Assembly: GCF_009914755.1 (NCBI RefSeq)
Contig: NC_060926.1
From: the human T2T-CHM13v2.0 reference genome, Homo sapiens
Length of the DNA stretch: 64,000 nt
Strand: one strand, 5' to 3'
Positions 51,863 through 64,000 of this stretch are shown here, piece after piece. The notes under the pieces were generated by a model. It was not told where the DNA came from and searched no databases. It worked only from the letters and a program-made list of their open reading frames with translations. Both the position numbers and the translations under genes were made by a program. Positions within the stretch are counted from its first letter, which is position 1, and every line of letters starts with the position of its first letter.

Positions 51863-52454
51863 TAATTGTCCAGTTCTCTTTCTATATGTTAAATCTTTTT
51901 ACAAATGCTTTGTATTTTTCTAATGAGTAATTGTATGTTTTACTTCTAAAGGTCATATTTGATTCTTTAAAATTTTTTTTTAATTATTGGTAGCTCCTTT
52001 TTACTTGAACTTATTTGTGTGTATACTTTTTGTTTAACCATTTCTAGGATTATGCTTCCAAAGCTTATGGCTGACCTAAAGCTTACTCTCCAAATTGCAG
52101 TTCTGGTTTTGGCATTTGGCAACATACCCCAACAGTAAGCATGTGCTTATGGTTGCTAGCTCCTATACAGTTATTTTACTTTATTTTGTCCATAAGCTAG
52201 TAATCGTAAACACATGCTTTACTTTTTCACTACTGTCGAGTGTAACAATGCAACAAGATGAACCTAAGGTTTACTTAAGTGCCAGTTGTTTTTGTAGTGG
52301 GAGAATCCTTCAAAGTATGTAGTCTTACATATTGCTGGAATTAAACATCCTACAGTTAATTTTAGCTATTAAGATTTCCATTTTTTATGTTTTTTGGAAG
52401 AATATAAGTAAATGATTGTCCTAATTTAATCCATGGAGGAAAATTATAACAATT

Positions 52455-52945
52455 TTTAAAATTTTATACTATCATGGATACATAATAGTTACACATATAT
52501 ATGGGGTACATGTGATATTTTGATATAAACATACAATGTGTAATGATCAAATCTGGGTAAATGACATATCCATCACCTCAAACATTTATCATTCCTTTCT
52601 GTTGGGAACATTCCAAATATTCTTTTCTGGTTATTTTGAAATATACAATAAATTATCACAAACTATAGTTGCCCTATGGTGCTCTCAAACACTAGAACTT
52701 ATTCCTTCTATATAACTGTATTTTTGTACACATTAACCAACCTCTCTGCCTTTTCTCTCCCACCTTCTTTTCCCAGTCTCTGGTAACCACCATTCTATTC
52801 ATTACCTCCATGAGGCCAACTTTTTTAGCTCTAATATATGAGTGAGAATAAGCGATATTTGTCCTTTTGTGCCTGGTTTGTTTCACTTAATGTAATGTCC
52901 TCCAATTCCATCCCTGTTGCTGCTAATAACAGGATTTCATTCTTA
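52455..52945 (-). mobile_element. L1MA 3' end fragment
   Basis: gatacataatagttacacatat..ggggtacatgtgatattttgata..tgtaatgatcaaatctgggta..atccatcacctcaaacatt is L1MA5-7-type 3'UTR. Confidence 0.8.
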
Positions 52946-54415
52946 TTTAAGTTCTTTATTCAGAATTAAAGTATTTTATAGTCAATGGATAAATCCAACT
53001 CTTGATTAGTTTATATGTTCTAGGGAGGATAAGAGAAAGCAAAATAAGGGTTTTCAAAGTTCTTTAATCTGGTTAGCACAAAGGCTACAGGAGTTGAAGT
53101 ATGCCAAAAAAGAGGTTTACATTTGGATAATAAGAAGAGGCATAAAGTAAAATAAAATTATAGTCAAAAGTGAGGTTGCCTTAGGTTCAGCATCTTTAAG
53201 CTGATAGTGGCAAAGGCAATGGTCAATTACTGTAAATGTCATTTTCTCACCCTTTTCAATAGTTTCCTGTTTTCCAGAATTTTGTTTTTTTGATGTATCA
53301 TGAATTGGATAGTGGAGCTTTGTAGTAGAAGAAATGGCTTATTAACTATGTGCAGTTACTTTATTCATTCATTTCTTTACTCATCAGAAATTTGCATACA
53401 GTTTGGGAGGCAGTGGGTAGGAATGGGAGATACCAAGGAAGATGGAAAAGCCCTGCTTTTCAGGATTTCACACGCCAGATCAAATGGATTTCATAATCAA
53501 AACAAAAATTATTTCACTTGATTCTAAATTGCTAACTTTGGAATAGTTGTGTATATATACTAATTGAGAGCCAAGGTGATGTCATTATTTTATTTAACCA
53601 TACATTAAGTTGTAATTTTTATTTATGTGATTTATGAAATAATGTTATGAACCAAAATAAGTCAAAGCATTGTATTTTAATTAATCAAATATTAACAATT
53701 TTAATTCCCTCTATTAGGATAAAGGATGTTACCATATTATACAGAAAAAAGTTCAGTTTAGAAATAAGACCTAAGCGGTGTGCTCACCATTGTTCCATCT
53801 GTATGGGCGCACCCTTCTATGTAGAAGTAACTTGCCTTGCTGAGAATTAAAAAGAAAATTTTATATGCGAGTGCAATTTCTTTTGTGGCACCAAAACTTT
53901 ATATATAACAATTTGGGGTCTCTCCCGGGATTACATTCTCCTCCAGGACGGTCTCTCCTCTCTCGTGAGGAGGCGCACCCAGCCCTAGTGTGGTGGCCTC
54001 AGGGGTGAGAAATCAAGACCCACCCCAGTGCAAGGAATAACCCGAGCTCTCAGCGACGCGGATTTAAAAAAAAAAAAAAAAAAAAGGGAAAAGAAACTGG
54101 CCAGCAACCTAGCTTAAAGGACTCTCACATACTGCGGCGACCACTCTGTGCACAGACCAAGGAAGGAGAAGCCGCGGGAGCGGGTAGAGTACCTTGGTGG
54201 TCAAATTCTGGAGGGCTAAATGTGTGTGTGCGTGAATGATCACAAACAACCCTGCTTGCAGTGTTGTTCGTGTGGATGGTGACAAGTCCTACTGCTGGAC
54301 AGTGTGAGTGGGTCCTCTTTGCAGTTCTACCTTGGCGGAGCGGCCAGAGAGGACAGCACAAGTGGGAAGTGTGCAAAGGACCTTCAGAGGGGGAAAGGGA
54401 GAAATAGGTCAATCT

Positions 54416-54605
54416 TCCAGGACAGGCAAGACACCCCCTGGTTTGAGGGGTTGAGCCTTCCAGGGCAAGCAAGGCAAGACGCCCCCTGGTTTGAGGGCTT
54501 GAGCCTTCCAGGACAGGCAAGGTGAGACACCCCCTGGTTTACGGGGTTGAGCCTTCCGGGACAGGCAAGGTGAGACATCCCTAGTGTTGAGGGGTTGAGC
54601 CTTCC
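54416..54605 (+). repeat. ~48-bp tandem repeat x4 in the ERV leader
   Basis: The unit ccaggacaggcaaggtgagacaccccctggtttgaggggttgagcctt is repeated with variants. Confidence 0.88.
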
Positions 54606-54708
54606 GCTAATTTCAAGGGTTGAACTTGACACAACCCCCCCGTTCAACCCCTTTCCTTTCTTCTCGGGAGAAGAAAGAGTAGTTGCACTCCCGCAGGTCC
54701 CTACCCTA

Positions 54709-54722
54709 GGAGAGAGAGAGAC

Positions 54723-54771
<49 letters not shown>

Positions 54772-55200
54772 GAGAGAGAGAGGGGGAGAGAGACAGAGAG
54801 GAGAGAGACAGAAGAGAGAGAGAGAGACAGAGGAAAGAGAGACAGGAGAGAGAGAGACAGGAGAGAGGCAGAGAGAGACAGGAGAGAGGCAGAGAGAGAC
54901 AGAGAGGAAGAGAGACAGGAGAGGCAGAGAGAGAGAGAGGAGAGAGGCAGAGAGAGAGAGACAGGAGAGAGGCAGAGAGAGAGACAGGAGAGAGGAGAGA
55001 GGCAGAGAGAGAGAGGAGAGAGGCAGAGAGAGAGACAGGAGAGAGAGGAGAGAGGCAGAGAGAGACAGGAGAGAGGCAGAGAGAGAGACAGGAGAGAGAG
55101 AGGAGAGAGGCAGAGAGAGACAGGAGAGAGGCAGAGAGAGACAGGAGAGAGGCAGAGAGAGACAGGCAGAGAGAGGGAGAGGCAGGAGAGAGAGAAAGAG
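54709..55200 (+). repeat. ~490-bp GA-rich compound microsatellite inside the ERV
   Basis: Runs of (GA)n with GACAG and GGCAG interruptions; no T over ~490 bp. Confidence 0.95.
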
Positions 55201-57299
55201 AAAAATAGAAGTAGTAAAAAAACAAAAACAAAGAAAAAAAAACAAAAAAACCAGTGTACCCTATTCCTTTAAAAGCTAGGGTAAATTTAAAACCTATAAT
55301 TGATAATTGAAGGTCTTCTCCGTGACCCTGCAACACTCCAATACCACCTTGTTGTAAGTGTAAACAAGGGCATAGCCAGAAAGCACTGAGGCCACTGACA
55401 ACCTGTAGCCTTCCTATAAAAAATCCTTAACCTAGTAATCTGCGGATGGCCAAATGCATTCAATCTGTAGCAGCAACTGCTTTGCTAACAGAAGAAAGTA
55501 GAAAAATAACTTTTAGAGGAAACCTCATTCTGAGCACAACTCACCAGTTTAGTTCAGGACTATCCTAAGTCAAAAAAAGCAAAAAGGTAGCTTACTAACT
55601 CAAAAATCTTAAAGTATGGGGCTATTCTGTTAGAAAAAGATGATTTAACATTAACCACTGAAAATTCCCTTAACCCAGCAGGTTTCCTAACAGGGGATTT
55701 AAATCTTAATTACCGTACAAAGGTCCGACCAGACCCAGGAGGAATTCCCTTCAGGACAGGACCATAGATGTTTCTTCCCGGGTGAATGAGGGAAAAAGAC
55801 ACAATGGTTATTCAGTAATTGATAGGGAAACTCTTGTAGAAGCAGAGTTAGGAAAATTGCCTAATAATTGGTCTGCTCAAACATGCAAGCTGTTTGCACT
55901 CAGCCAAGCCTTAAACAGAACCAGGAAGGAACCATCTATACCAATTCTAAGTTAATTTGGACTAAACAAGGTCTTATTAATAGTAAAGAATAATTAAAAT
56001 CCCAAACTTAGAAGGTTTTCAAGAAACGTAGCTTGCTAAAAGTTAGCAGTGTAACACGTATTATCCTAACTTTTAATCTTGTGGCCTTAGACAGTCTAGT
56101 CCACAGACATGAAGGAAGTTCGCTTTGAAAAAGAATGGTTATCTTCAAGAGGGAAAAAAAAAAGTGGGGTGGGAGAATTTACATAAAAAGGAATGTTCCA
56201 TGGTAAATTATTGTCCTGAAATAAATTAACTGTTTTTTTTTTTTTAAAGGGGATGTTTGTGACAAGTCAGAAAGTTGAGGCATGTCGAAAAAATATCTCT
56301 GAAAGTTGTGGGAAAAAAAGGTTATAAAAGGGAATTTATGCAAGAAATGTTGTATAATTTAAAAGTAACTAGGCCTCCTGAATGTAAAACTATTTATTCT
56401 ATAAACAGTTTATGTGCAAGGTGTGTAAGAAAAGTAAAATATACTTTTGGTAAAAAGATTGTAGGGAGGCATAAGAATGTGGATTTTTACCTACATTAAC
56501 AGGTTAAAAAATATATATTTTGTTTTAAAGGTTTAAGCAAGTTGTAAAACGTTAATTGTAAAGAAAATTGTGTGTGTAAACATACTCGCTAAAGTTAAAG
56601 AGGTATCATCCAGTTTTTCTGTGAACTGGACAGTAAAAGCATAACAGGTTTTTCTTAACGCACTAACCTGCTCTTTAACAAAAATTATAAAAGGTTAAAA
56701 AGAGTCTATAAAATCTTACCTTAGGGCCAGACATTAAAAATTGAATAAATATATCTACAAAGTTTTATTAAAACTAAGTTTAACATTAATAACACACTAA
56801 TATAAAGGTGAAATTTAGCTCATCGGGTATAAAAATCATACAAGAAGCATTATCAAATATAAAATGGTATTTGGCTTTCTTTGGTCTAAAAACTAATAAA
56901 AATAGGTGCTAAAGGAAATTTCTCAGTAAGAAGGCACCAAGGACTATAAAGTCCTCTGCAGATGTCCCCACACTTAAAAGGTCAATTTCTTAGAAATTAT
57001 ATACTTGGTTTATCTTCCACTTTCCTTTTCCTCAAAACTAAAAGTCTTTTAGCACAGGTACCATCCCTAGAATTTCCGGTAAACGGGAACCAGCCTGAAG
57101 ATCACGTTCTTATCTAGGGTGGAAAGAAAGAAAACTTTAGCGATCCTGGGAAGGACCCTACCTTGTGCTGCTAACCACCGAGACTGCTGTTCGTACAGCA
57201 AAAAGGGGATGGAATCATCACACCCGAGTCAAGAATGTGCCACCCCCTCCAGAGTCGTGGGCCATAGTCCCAGGGGAAAACCCTACCGAACTAAAGCTA

Positions 57300-59010
57300 A
57301 GAAAAATTTAACTCTCTTTCATCTATTCTATTACTCTTTATTCTTTCCTCTATCTGTTGCTGACCATCTAGTTATTAACATAAGCAAGTCAATTTTGCCT
57401 CAAACTACTGCATTTAATGCTTGCGTTGTTATACCCTGAAGGAACTTACCAGGTCAAAGACAGTTTTCTATTTCAGAAAAGGAAAAGTACCTGTGTCCCT
57501 CCTGACTCTTCTCAGACTGGGCATTAGTAAATTGGGACCATTTAATCCAAGGAGATTTCGATAAAGACCTAAATGTCAACCAGGAGTCTTGCCCCCGATG
57601 TAGAGCTTTTATGCTGTAGTTGGTCCAACGTTCTGTGGCCCACTGAAGAGCAAAGATGGACTGCAAAGATGGACTACAAAAACCAACTGGTTTTTGTAAT
57701 TTCCTAAAACCCTACATTCATTTTACTAGAGAATCATAGAAGTTAAAGACTTAAACTTTGGCAATTAAGACAGGATACCAAGATGCAAATGCCTAGTTGG
57801 AATGGATCAAATATTCCGTCCACACATTAAACAAAAGCAATTGTTACACTTGTGCGCACGGCAAGCCAGAGGCCCAGATTGTCCCCTTTCCACTAAGGTG
57901 GTCCTCCAGTCGACCAGGCATGGGCTGCATGGTAGCTCTTTTCCAGGATTCTACACCCTGGAGTAATAAGTCGTACCAAGCTCTCTCTCTCTGCTATATC
58001 CTGAAGTCCGGCACCCTGCGGGTCAGCCCCCGAGGGCCATCCAGCTTCCGTCTCCCAACAGTAAGTTAACTTTGTGTCTCTCATGACAGGGAGGAAACCT
58101 AGTGTTCCTTAGAGACCTGAAGGGATGCAGTGAGCTTAAAAATTTTCAAGAGCTTATCAATCAGTTAGCCCTTGTTCATCCCCAAGCAGATGTGTGGTGG
58201 TATTGTGGTGGACCTTTACTGGACACTCTGCCAAATAACTGGAGTGGCACTTGCGCTTTAGTCCAATTGGCTATCCCTTTCACCCTGGCATTTCAACAAC
58301 CAGAGGAAGGAAAAATAAGACATTGTAAAGCAAGAGAAGCCCCTTATAGGTCTTTCGACTCTCAAGTCTATTTAAACGCAACTGGAGTCCCACAGGGAAT
58401 ATCAGATCAGTTTAAAGCCTAAAATCAAATAGCTGCAGAATTTGAGTCAATATTTTGGTGGGCGACCATTAATAAAAATGTAGATTGGATAAACTATATC
58501 TACTACAACCAACAGCGATTTATTAACTACACTAAAGATGCTGTTAAAGGAATAGCTGAGCAATTAGGGCCACTAGCCAGATGGCTTAGGAAAATAGAAT
58601 AGCCTTAGACATGATATTAGCAGAAAGAGGAGTTTGCGTCATGATTAAAACTCAATGTTGTATCTTCATCCCAAACAACACTGCCCCCAATAGAAGTATA
58701 ACAAAGGCATTGCAAGGTCTGACTGCTCTATCAAATGAGTTAGCCGGTAACTCAGGGGTAAATGACCCCTTTACAAGATGGCTAAAACAGTAGTTCAGTA
58801 AATGGAAAGGAATAATAGCCTCGATTCTTATTTCCCTCGCAGCCGTAATAGGTGTACTTATTCTTGTCAAGTGCTGTGTCATACCATACATCCGTAAGTA
58901 GATGCAGAGGCTCATAAAAACGGCACTTACTAAAACCTCCCTTAACTATCCTCCACCTTATCCAGAGAAACTTCTTTTGAAAAATCAAGCAAAACAGCTA
59001 AGCCATGTTA
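57300..59010 (+). pseudogene. Degenerate ERV env (SU/TM) with stops and frameshifts
   Basis: WIKYSVHTLNKSNCYTC, VWWYCGGPLLDTLPNNWSGTCALVQLAIPF, an immunosuppressive-domain-like ENRIALDMILAERG.VCVMIKTQCC at ~58590-58660, and a TM-like ASILISLAAVIGVLIL. Confidence 0.85.
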
Positions 59011-59174
59011 AAAAAAAAAAGAAAAAAAGGTTTGAAAAGAAAACTATAAAGAATACAAGGGGAAGGATTGTTAGATATGGGTTCTAAATTTCTTTTCAAA
59101 GAATTAATATGTCAGTATGTTCAATTCTTTGCCTTTTACTTGTAAACTTCCTCGTGAAGCAACCTTTTTCGTTT

Positions 59175-59310
59175 CCCTGACTCATCTGATTACCTACTCC
59201 ACCCTGACTCATTCTGATCACCTACTCCACCCTAACTCATTCCGATCACCTGCTCCACCCTAACACATTCTGATCACCTGCTCCACCCTAACTCATTCCA
59301 ATTACCTGCT
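59175..59310 (+). promoter_or_regulatory. LTR10F U3 28-bp VNTR (~5 units) with AP-1 motifs; CCAAT boxes and a TATA-like GATAAGA downstream
   Basis: Unit ccctgactcattctgatcacctactcca. TGACTCA is intact at 59178-59184 and 59205-59211; later units read TAACTCA or TAACACA. agccaat occurs at ~59366 and ~59405, and gataaga at 59450-59456. Confidence 0.72.
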
Positions 59311-62027
59311 ATCTGCTCTGCCCTGACTCCCAACAAAGCACTCACCCTGTCATTCTCTTTAAATTAGCCAATCGGAATTAGTTTAACCTGTGTGGTCTAA
59401 CCCTAGCCAATAGGGGAACAACACAGCAGCAGGGGCCACATGTGTCAGGGATAAGAACCCCTTCCCCTCCCTTGTCCAAGTGTGTGCTCACCATTGTTCC
59501 ATCTGTAAGTGCGCACCTTTCTATATAGAAGTAACTTGCCTTGCTGAGAATTGAAAAGAAAATTAAAAAAAATAATAATTAGACATGGGCATTGTTACTC
59601 TAAAGAGCACCTCGTTTAACTTTTATGAATCAAAGTTTTATCCTATGTTGGTCCTCAATAAATCCTATCATACTTCCCATATTAATTTCTGTAAGTTAAT
59701 TAGAGTGACATCTTGTGCCACTCTCAGTGTTTTGTTTGTTTATTTTTTTTTGTTTGTTTGGCTTTTCACTTCTCACTAGTTTCCTACCCTCCAGAATTTC
59801 CCATTTTTGGAGAAGCGCTAAAGGCTTAGTTCTAGGACTGATTCTATGTCACAGGGGCAATGAAGAAAATAAATGAAACCAGCATGGCATAAAATATAGA
59901 AGAGTAAGAGGAGAATATAATGATAAGAGATAGATCCTAGGAGTAGAGGCAAATAATAGTGTCATAAAGGAAAGATTTAAAAAATGAAAATTAAAAATAT
60001 GAATTGTCTCATCCAAAATGGGTTAGAAAATTAATTTAAAACATTATTATTAAATTGATAATTTTAAAATCTGCAATGTTAGATTTATAGCACTGGATCT
60101 ACATACTATGTATAATGTGAGGATCTTTATAATATCAGGTAGTCTTGAGTTATATTGGGTAATGCTGTTAATTAGTATGTTGATACTATAAATGGTGTTT
60201 TATAGTTGGTACTATAAATGATACTATAAATGAGACTATAAATGGTTTTACTGAAGCATAAATGAATAGGATAATTGCATTACCATTCTTGTTGCATTTT
60301 CTGAATGTATGTTTTCTAGAGAAAATGCTATGCTATTTCATAGAAGTTCATGTGTGTCATAAAAACTAATCCTAAGTGTTCATTCATTTCTAATAGTATC
60401 CATAAGATTAAGTATTATTTAAATTTTTTTGAAGTATCAGGTTGCTGAAATATTAGTCTGAGGATAACAAAATCCAGTAATAGTTTTTCTTCCTACAAAG
60501 GTCATAGTTTTATATGTGTGCATATGTGTCTATGTGTGTGTATATCTACAAATTAATTAAAATTGTTGAGCATCTCATCATGTGCTAGACATTGTATAGG
60601 TTATACTTTACATATGTTTCCAATTTAAAACTGTCATATGAAATTTAAGAACTTTCTTATAACTATTGAGAGGACTACATATATTATTCAAATATTATTT
60701 ATATTTTAAATATGTTTTTAAAAGATATTACGAGCCAAGCACTTGTAGCACAGACTAGTGCATAATTAAGGTTTCTGATAGATTTGGTGAATTAACAAAA
60801 AATTGTTAAGTTGGTAGTGAGCTAAAAAGATGGCAGGGTAAATTAACAAAAATGGAAATACGTGATACTCCATATCTCATCCCTTGGAATTATGGATCTG
60901 ACTACATCATCATTATGTCTGGCCATGACAGCACAAACCAACAATTTAACTTCTTTTCGATCTAATAGTGTTTGGTACATGCCATAATCATATTGTTAGT
61001 TTTTTGGGATATTTCACAGTGCAAACAAAGTTATGACAGATTGATCAGAAGCCCTGGGTCTGGTAAAATAGAATAGCCCTGGTCTGTTTTTATCCAGGTG
61101 TCACTAATCTTCATGTTTAACTTTGTACCTGAAAATATAAAATAATAGCTAATTGTGCTTTCCCATTTCATTTATGTTTCTTCAAAGAACCACAGGATTT
61201 TTATGTTTAATAATTCATTTTAACCACTCTTTTCCAATGTAGACAGTAGGAAACACTAAATGCAAAAATATGTGCAGTAGGTAGTCTCCAAACATAGACC
61301 CCTCAATTAACTACACCTCCTGCTATTCAGTTCCTAGTGTAGTTCCTGCTACAGTGGGTCTGAGCTAATGGATCTATGAGCTTTCTTTTAGCATTAATTA
61401 CTTGGAAACAATTTTCAGTTTCTTAAAAATTCAGTTTATTTAAGCATGTTAATCTGAAAATTTCTTTATTATTTTAAGATTAGTTCCTTAATTAATTAGA
61501 CATTTTTTACTGTAGAATATTTATAAATCTCTGTTCTTTATTAAAAAACCTGAAAATTTTAAATTTTAGTTTAATTTATAGCTTGAATCTAGATTTCAAT
61601 TTGTTTATTCTTATTTTAGATTATGACTTTTGAGTTTTCAAATTCTCATTTTCAAACAGGAAAATGAATATAAAAATGTAGTGTTGAGGGACTGTTTTTC
61701 CCTCTAAGTCTGGACTGTCACATGATTAATGTAACATAAAAGTGATTTTATATCACAAAAGTGATAAATTCCCATTCTTGTGACATACTGCTAATGCAAA
61801 ACTTTAATCACTGTGCCTTCAATAGGAAGCCAAAATAGTCTGACTTAAATTTAATGTAAAATAAGTAATAACCGCTGATAAACTATTTGACCTAGAGTCT
61901 TATAAATGATAAATGAGGACTTAAAGCTCTAATTTGTCCCTTCTTAATGGACTATATATGTATATAAGTAACTGATGTCATTGCTTCATTCTTGGTAGAA
62001 TGTGCTGTCTGTTCTTTGTGACATAGT

Positions 62028-62254
62028 CACATGGATGGCAGCAGGCAAAGAGAGAATGAGGAAGATGCCAAAATGGAAACCCATGATAAAACCATCCCAT
62101 GTCATGAGACTTATTCACTACCAGAAGAACAATATGGGAAAACCGCCCCCATGATTCAATTATCTCCCACCAGGTCCCTCCCACAACACGTGGGAATTAC
62201 GGGAGTACAATTCAAGATGAGATTTGACTGGGAACACAGAGCCAAACCATATCA
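62028..62254 (-). mobile_element. Partial THE1A/B LTR
   Basis: cacatggatggcagcaggcaaagagag..gcccccatgattcaattatctcccacc..ccaaaccatatca; only one terminus is present. Confidence 0.85.
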
Positions 62255-63300
62255 GGCAGCCAAGCTAAAGCTTGATGGGTAGGCAGGAGGAAGCTAGGTA
62301 AGAGAACAAGGAGAGGCTGTGCCAGCACATGCAAAGATCTAGAGGTCAGCCCCAAGCTTTTCAGAGGGGCCAGGGAAGCATGCAAGGAGCATGCAGTGTT
62401 GACAGCTGACCTGGGCCAGGCCATGGAGTTCCTTTGAAGCCATACTTAGGAATTTAGGTCATTATCTGAAGGTACTTCCTCAAATTCCAACTCTCTGAAG
62501 CGGCTTAGAAACTTTGTGCCTGGAAATATCATTTTTTCAGCACATGAAAAAACAATTGAAGTGGAACAAAACTGGACTCAATGATGCCAAGTTGGGAATA
62601 AATGCAGCAATCTATCTGGGTGAGAGATGGGCACAGGTTGGCTAAGAAAGTAGCAGTGTAGGTATTGGGAAGAATAGACAGATTTGGTACTTATGGGGCA
62701 TATCTTCATGGTTGATTACGTTTGTAGTGTGTGTATGAGAAACAGGAATCTTCAGATGTTTTTGGCTGGGTTGACAGTGTTATCATTCATTGGAATTGAA
62801 GAAAAGATGAGGGGAAGGTTTTGGAGGAGAGGATATTATTAATTGGTTTATGACGTGAGGGAATTTGGATGTCTTTGGGACATCTGAGTAAAGCTGCTTG
62901 GTTAACTGTCGTACACAGAACACTGGAGTTTAGGAGAAACTTGGGAAAATGAAAAGCCCCAGGTTGCTGCAAGGGAATAGGGTCTAAGGGGAGGGAACTT
63001 GGTTGCAATTAAGGCAGGAAGCTGCAGTTAGTTCTTTGTGAAGATGTTGAGGATGTAGAGGAGTTGGTTAATCATAAAATAAGGATAATATAAACATGTA
63101 ATGAGAAAGATTGAACACAAACATGGAAGATTGTGAAGATGAGATGATGGGAATCAGTAGAAGGCCAGAAGGGACACACATTGTGAGTGATAACCTGATG
63201 AGCAGGATGTCACATACAGTGAGTTTGCTGGCCCATGGCTGTAAGAAGGAATCAATGCCAGAAGCTCTTGGCTGAATGGGGGCTGGGAAAGACTTGACAT
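62255..63300 (-). mobile_element. Degenerate L2 fragments
   Basis: Purine-rich antisense L2-like sequence (gccagcacatgcaaagatctagagg, ggaatttaggtcattatctg, gatgtctttgggacatctgagt). Boundaries uncertain. Confidence 0.45.
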
Positions 63301-64000
63301 TCTCTCAGGAGTCTGAATAGATCATACTTCCAAAGTCCTAGCCTGTGGTACATGCAGAGGCTTTAAATGCAACCAACTCTGCCACACACATATGCATTGT
63401 CTGTGAGCTACAGGCTGCTGTTTACACAGGCACTCAGAATGTATCAGGGACCAGATCTTTGTATGATGAGACTCGGGGTAGGGTCCCAGCAGTCATAAAC
63501 CTACTTTTAGGAGCCAAAACTAGGTCATAGCCTATATTGGTTACTGGAAAATTAGATCAGCTTCGTGTGTAAACACTATTTCAGGGAATGTGGTCCTACT
63601 CTTGGTGGTGTGAATACAGCATGCTATATAACACTTGATGTTTTAGGCAGCATTACTTGACTTGTTTTTTCTTTTTTTGTTACACCACAGCACTTGGGTA
63701 AAATATTTATATGATTCACTGAGATAAATGAACAAGGCATTTCATTGAGGAGACCAGCCATTGGGCTCTGGCAGTCGTAGGTCTTTCCTGGCTATCCCGG
63801 GGTGGGGGCTAAAGAGGAGCGTTTTGTATTCTTATATGAGATGGTCAGTTGGATCCAGCCACAAGAGGAGACAGAAGAGAGGATCAGGAAAACAAAGTTC
63901 ATTATACTCATGATCTTAAAGACAGGGGGCACAGTAAACCATGCTAACTGGGAAAAACACCAATGTGGTCAGGAGGCAAAACATAGGAGCAAGGGAAAAG

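Larger units (their letters stand above)
53778..59572 (+). mobile_element. ERV1 HERVIP10FH-like element with LTR10F ends; gag/pol largely deleted, env degenerate; truncated LTRs (R-U5 53778-53910, U3-R 59069-59564)
   Basis: The PBS tggggtctctcccgggat (53914-53931) matches tRNA-Pro at 15/18. There is an RNase H-like SAQTCKLFALSQAL at ~55870 and an integrase tail WEGPYLVLLTTETAVR at ~57145. PPT at 59057-59067. The 3' LTR starts tgttagatatgggttctaaatttcttttcaaagaa, as LTR10F does. Confidence 0.88.

Noticed and set aside
54595-55336. Long ORFs of 225, 211 and 179 aa (ER-rich and LS-rich)
   Set aside because: They are translations of the GA microsatellite, which lacks stop codons by composition. 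No sign of a real gene.
59175-59310. 28-bp and 48-bp regularly repeated units (also 54416-54605) as a CRISPR-like array
   Set aside because: They are head-to-tail tandem units with no unique spacers and no cas genes, inside a primate ERV.
63745-64000. Possible ERVL-type LTR at the window end (also MLT1-like traces at ~7200-7520)
   Set aside because: Truncated or too diverged to name or bound reliably.

Overview
This window is human intronic DNA, not microbial (it carries an AluYa5, and the exon peptides match my recollection of human SPAG16). Two phase-compatible + strand exons (11225-11294 and 22146-22255) splice to ISGLQETLKKLQRGHSYHGPQIK/VDHSREKENAPEGPTQKGLREAREQNKCKTKMKGNTK. I recognise this as the linker of SPAG16 between the coiled coil and the WD40 repeats (probably exons 8 and 9; numbering from memory). 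The rest is intron packed with transposable elements: a full-length antisense L1PA6/7, two 5'-inverted L1PAs, seven Alus (two from the young Ya lineage), a stack of ERV-L remnants, an LTR10F/HERVIP10FH element, MaLR LTRs, old L1M, L2, MIR and MER63. There are no rRNA, tRNA or CRISPR features, and nearly all listed ORFs are repeat-derived. The best leads are four. (1) An extended L1 ORF0 has a phase-0 GT donor in frame with SPAG16 exon 8, a possible L1 antisense-promoter-driven ORF0-WD40 fusion. (2) An L1 3' transduction ends in the polyadenylation region of a captured THE1 LTR. (3) The ERV has mRNA-type ends (R-U5...U3-R-polyA), suggesting L1-mediated retroposition, and carries an AP-1 VNTR. 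(4) There is a template-switch palindrome and a templated insertion. Repeat subfamily names come from recalled consensus sequences, and boundaries of old elements are approximate.
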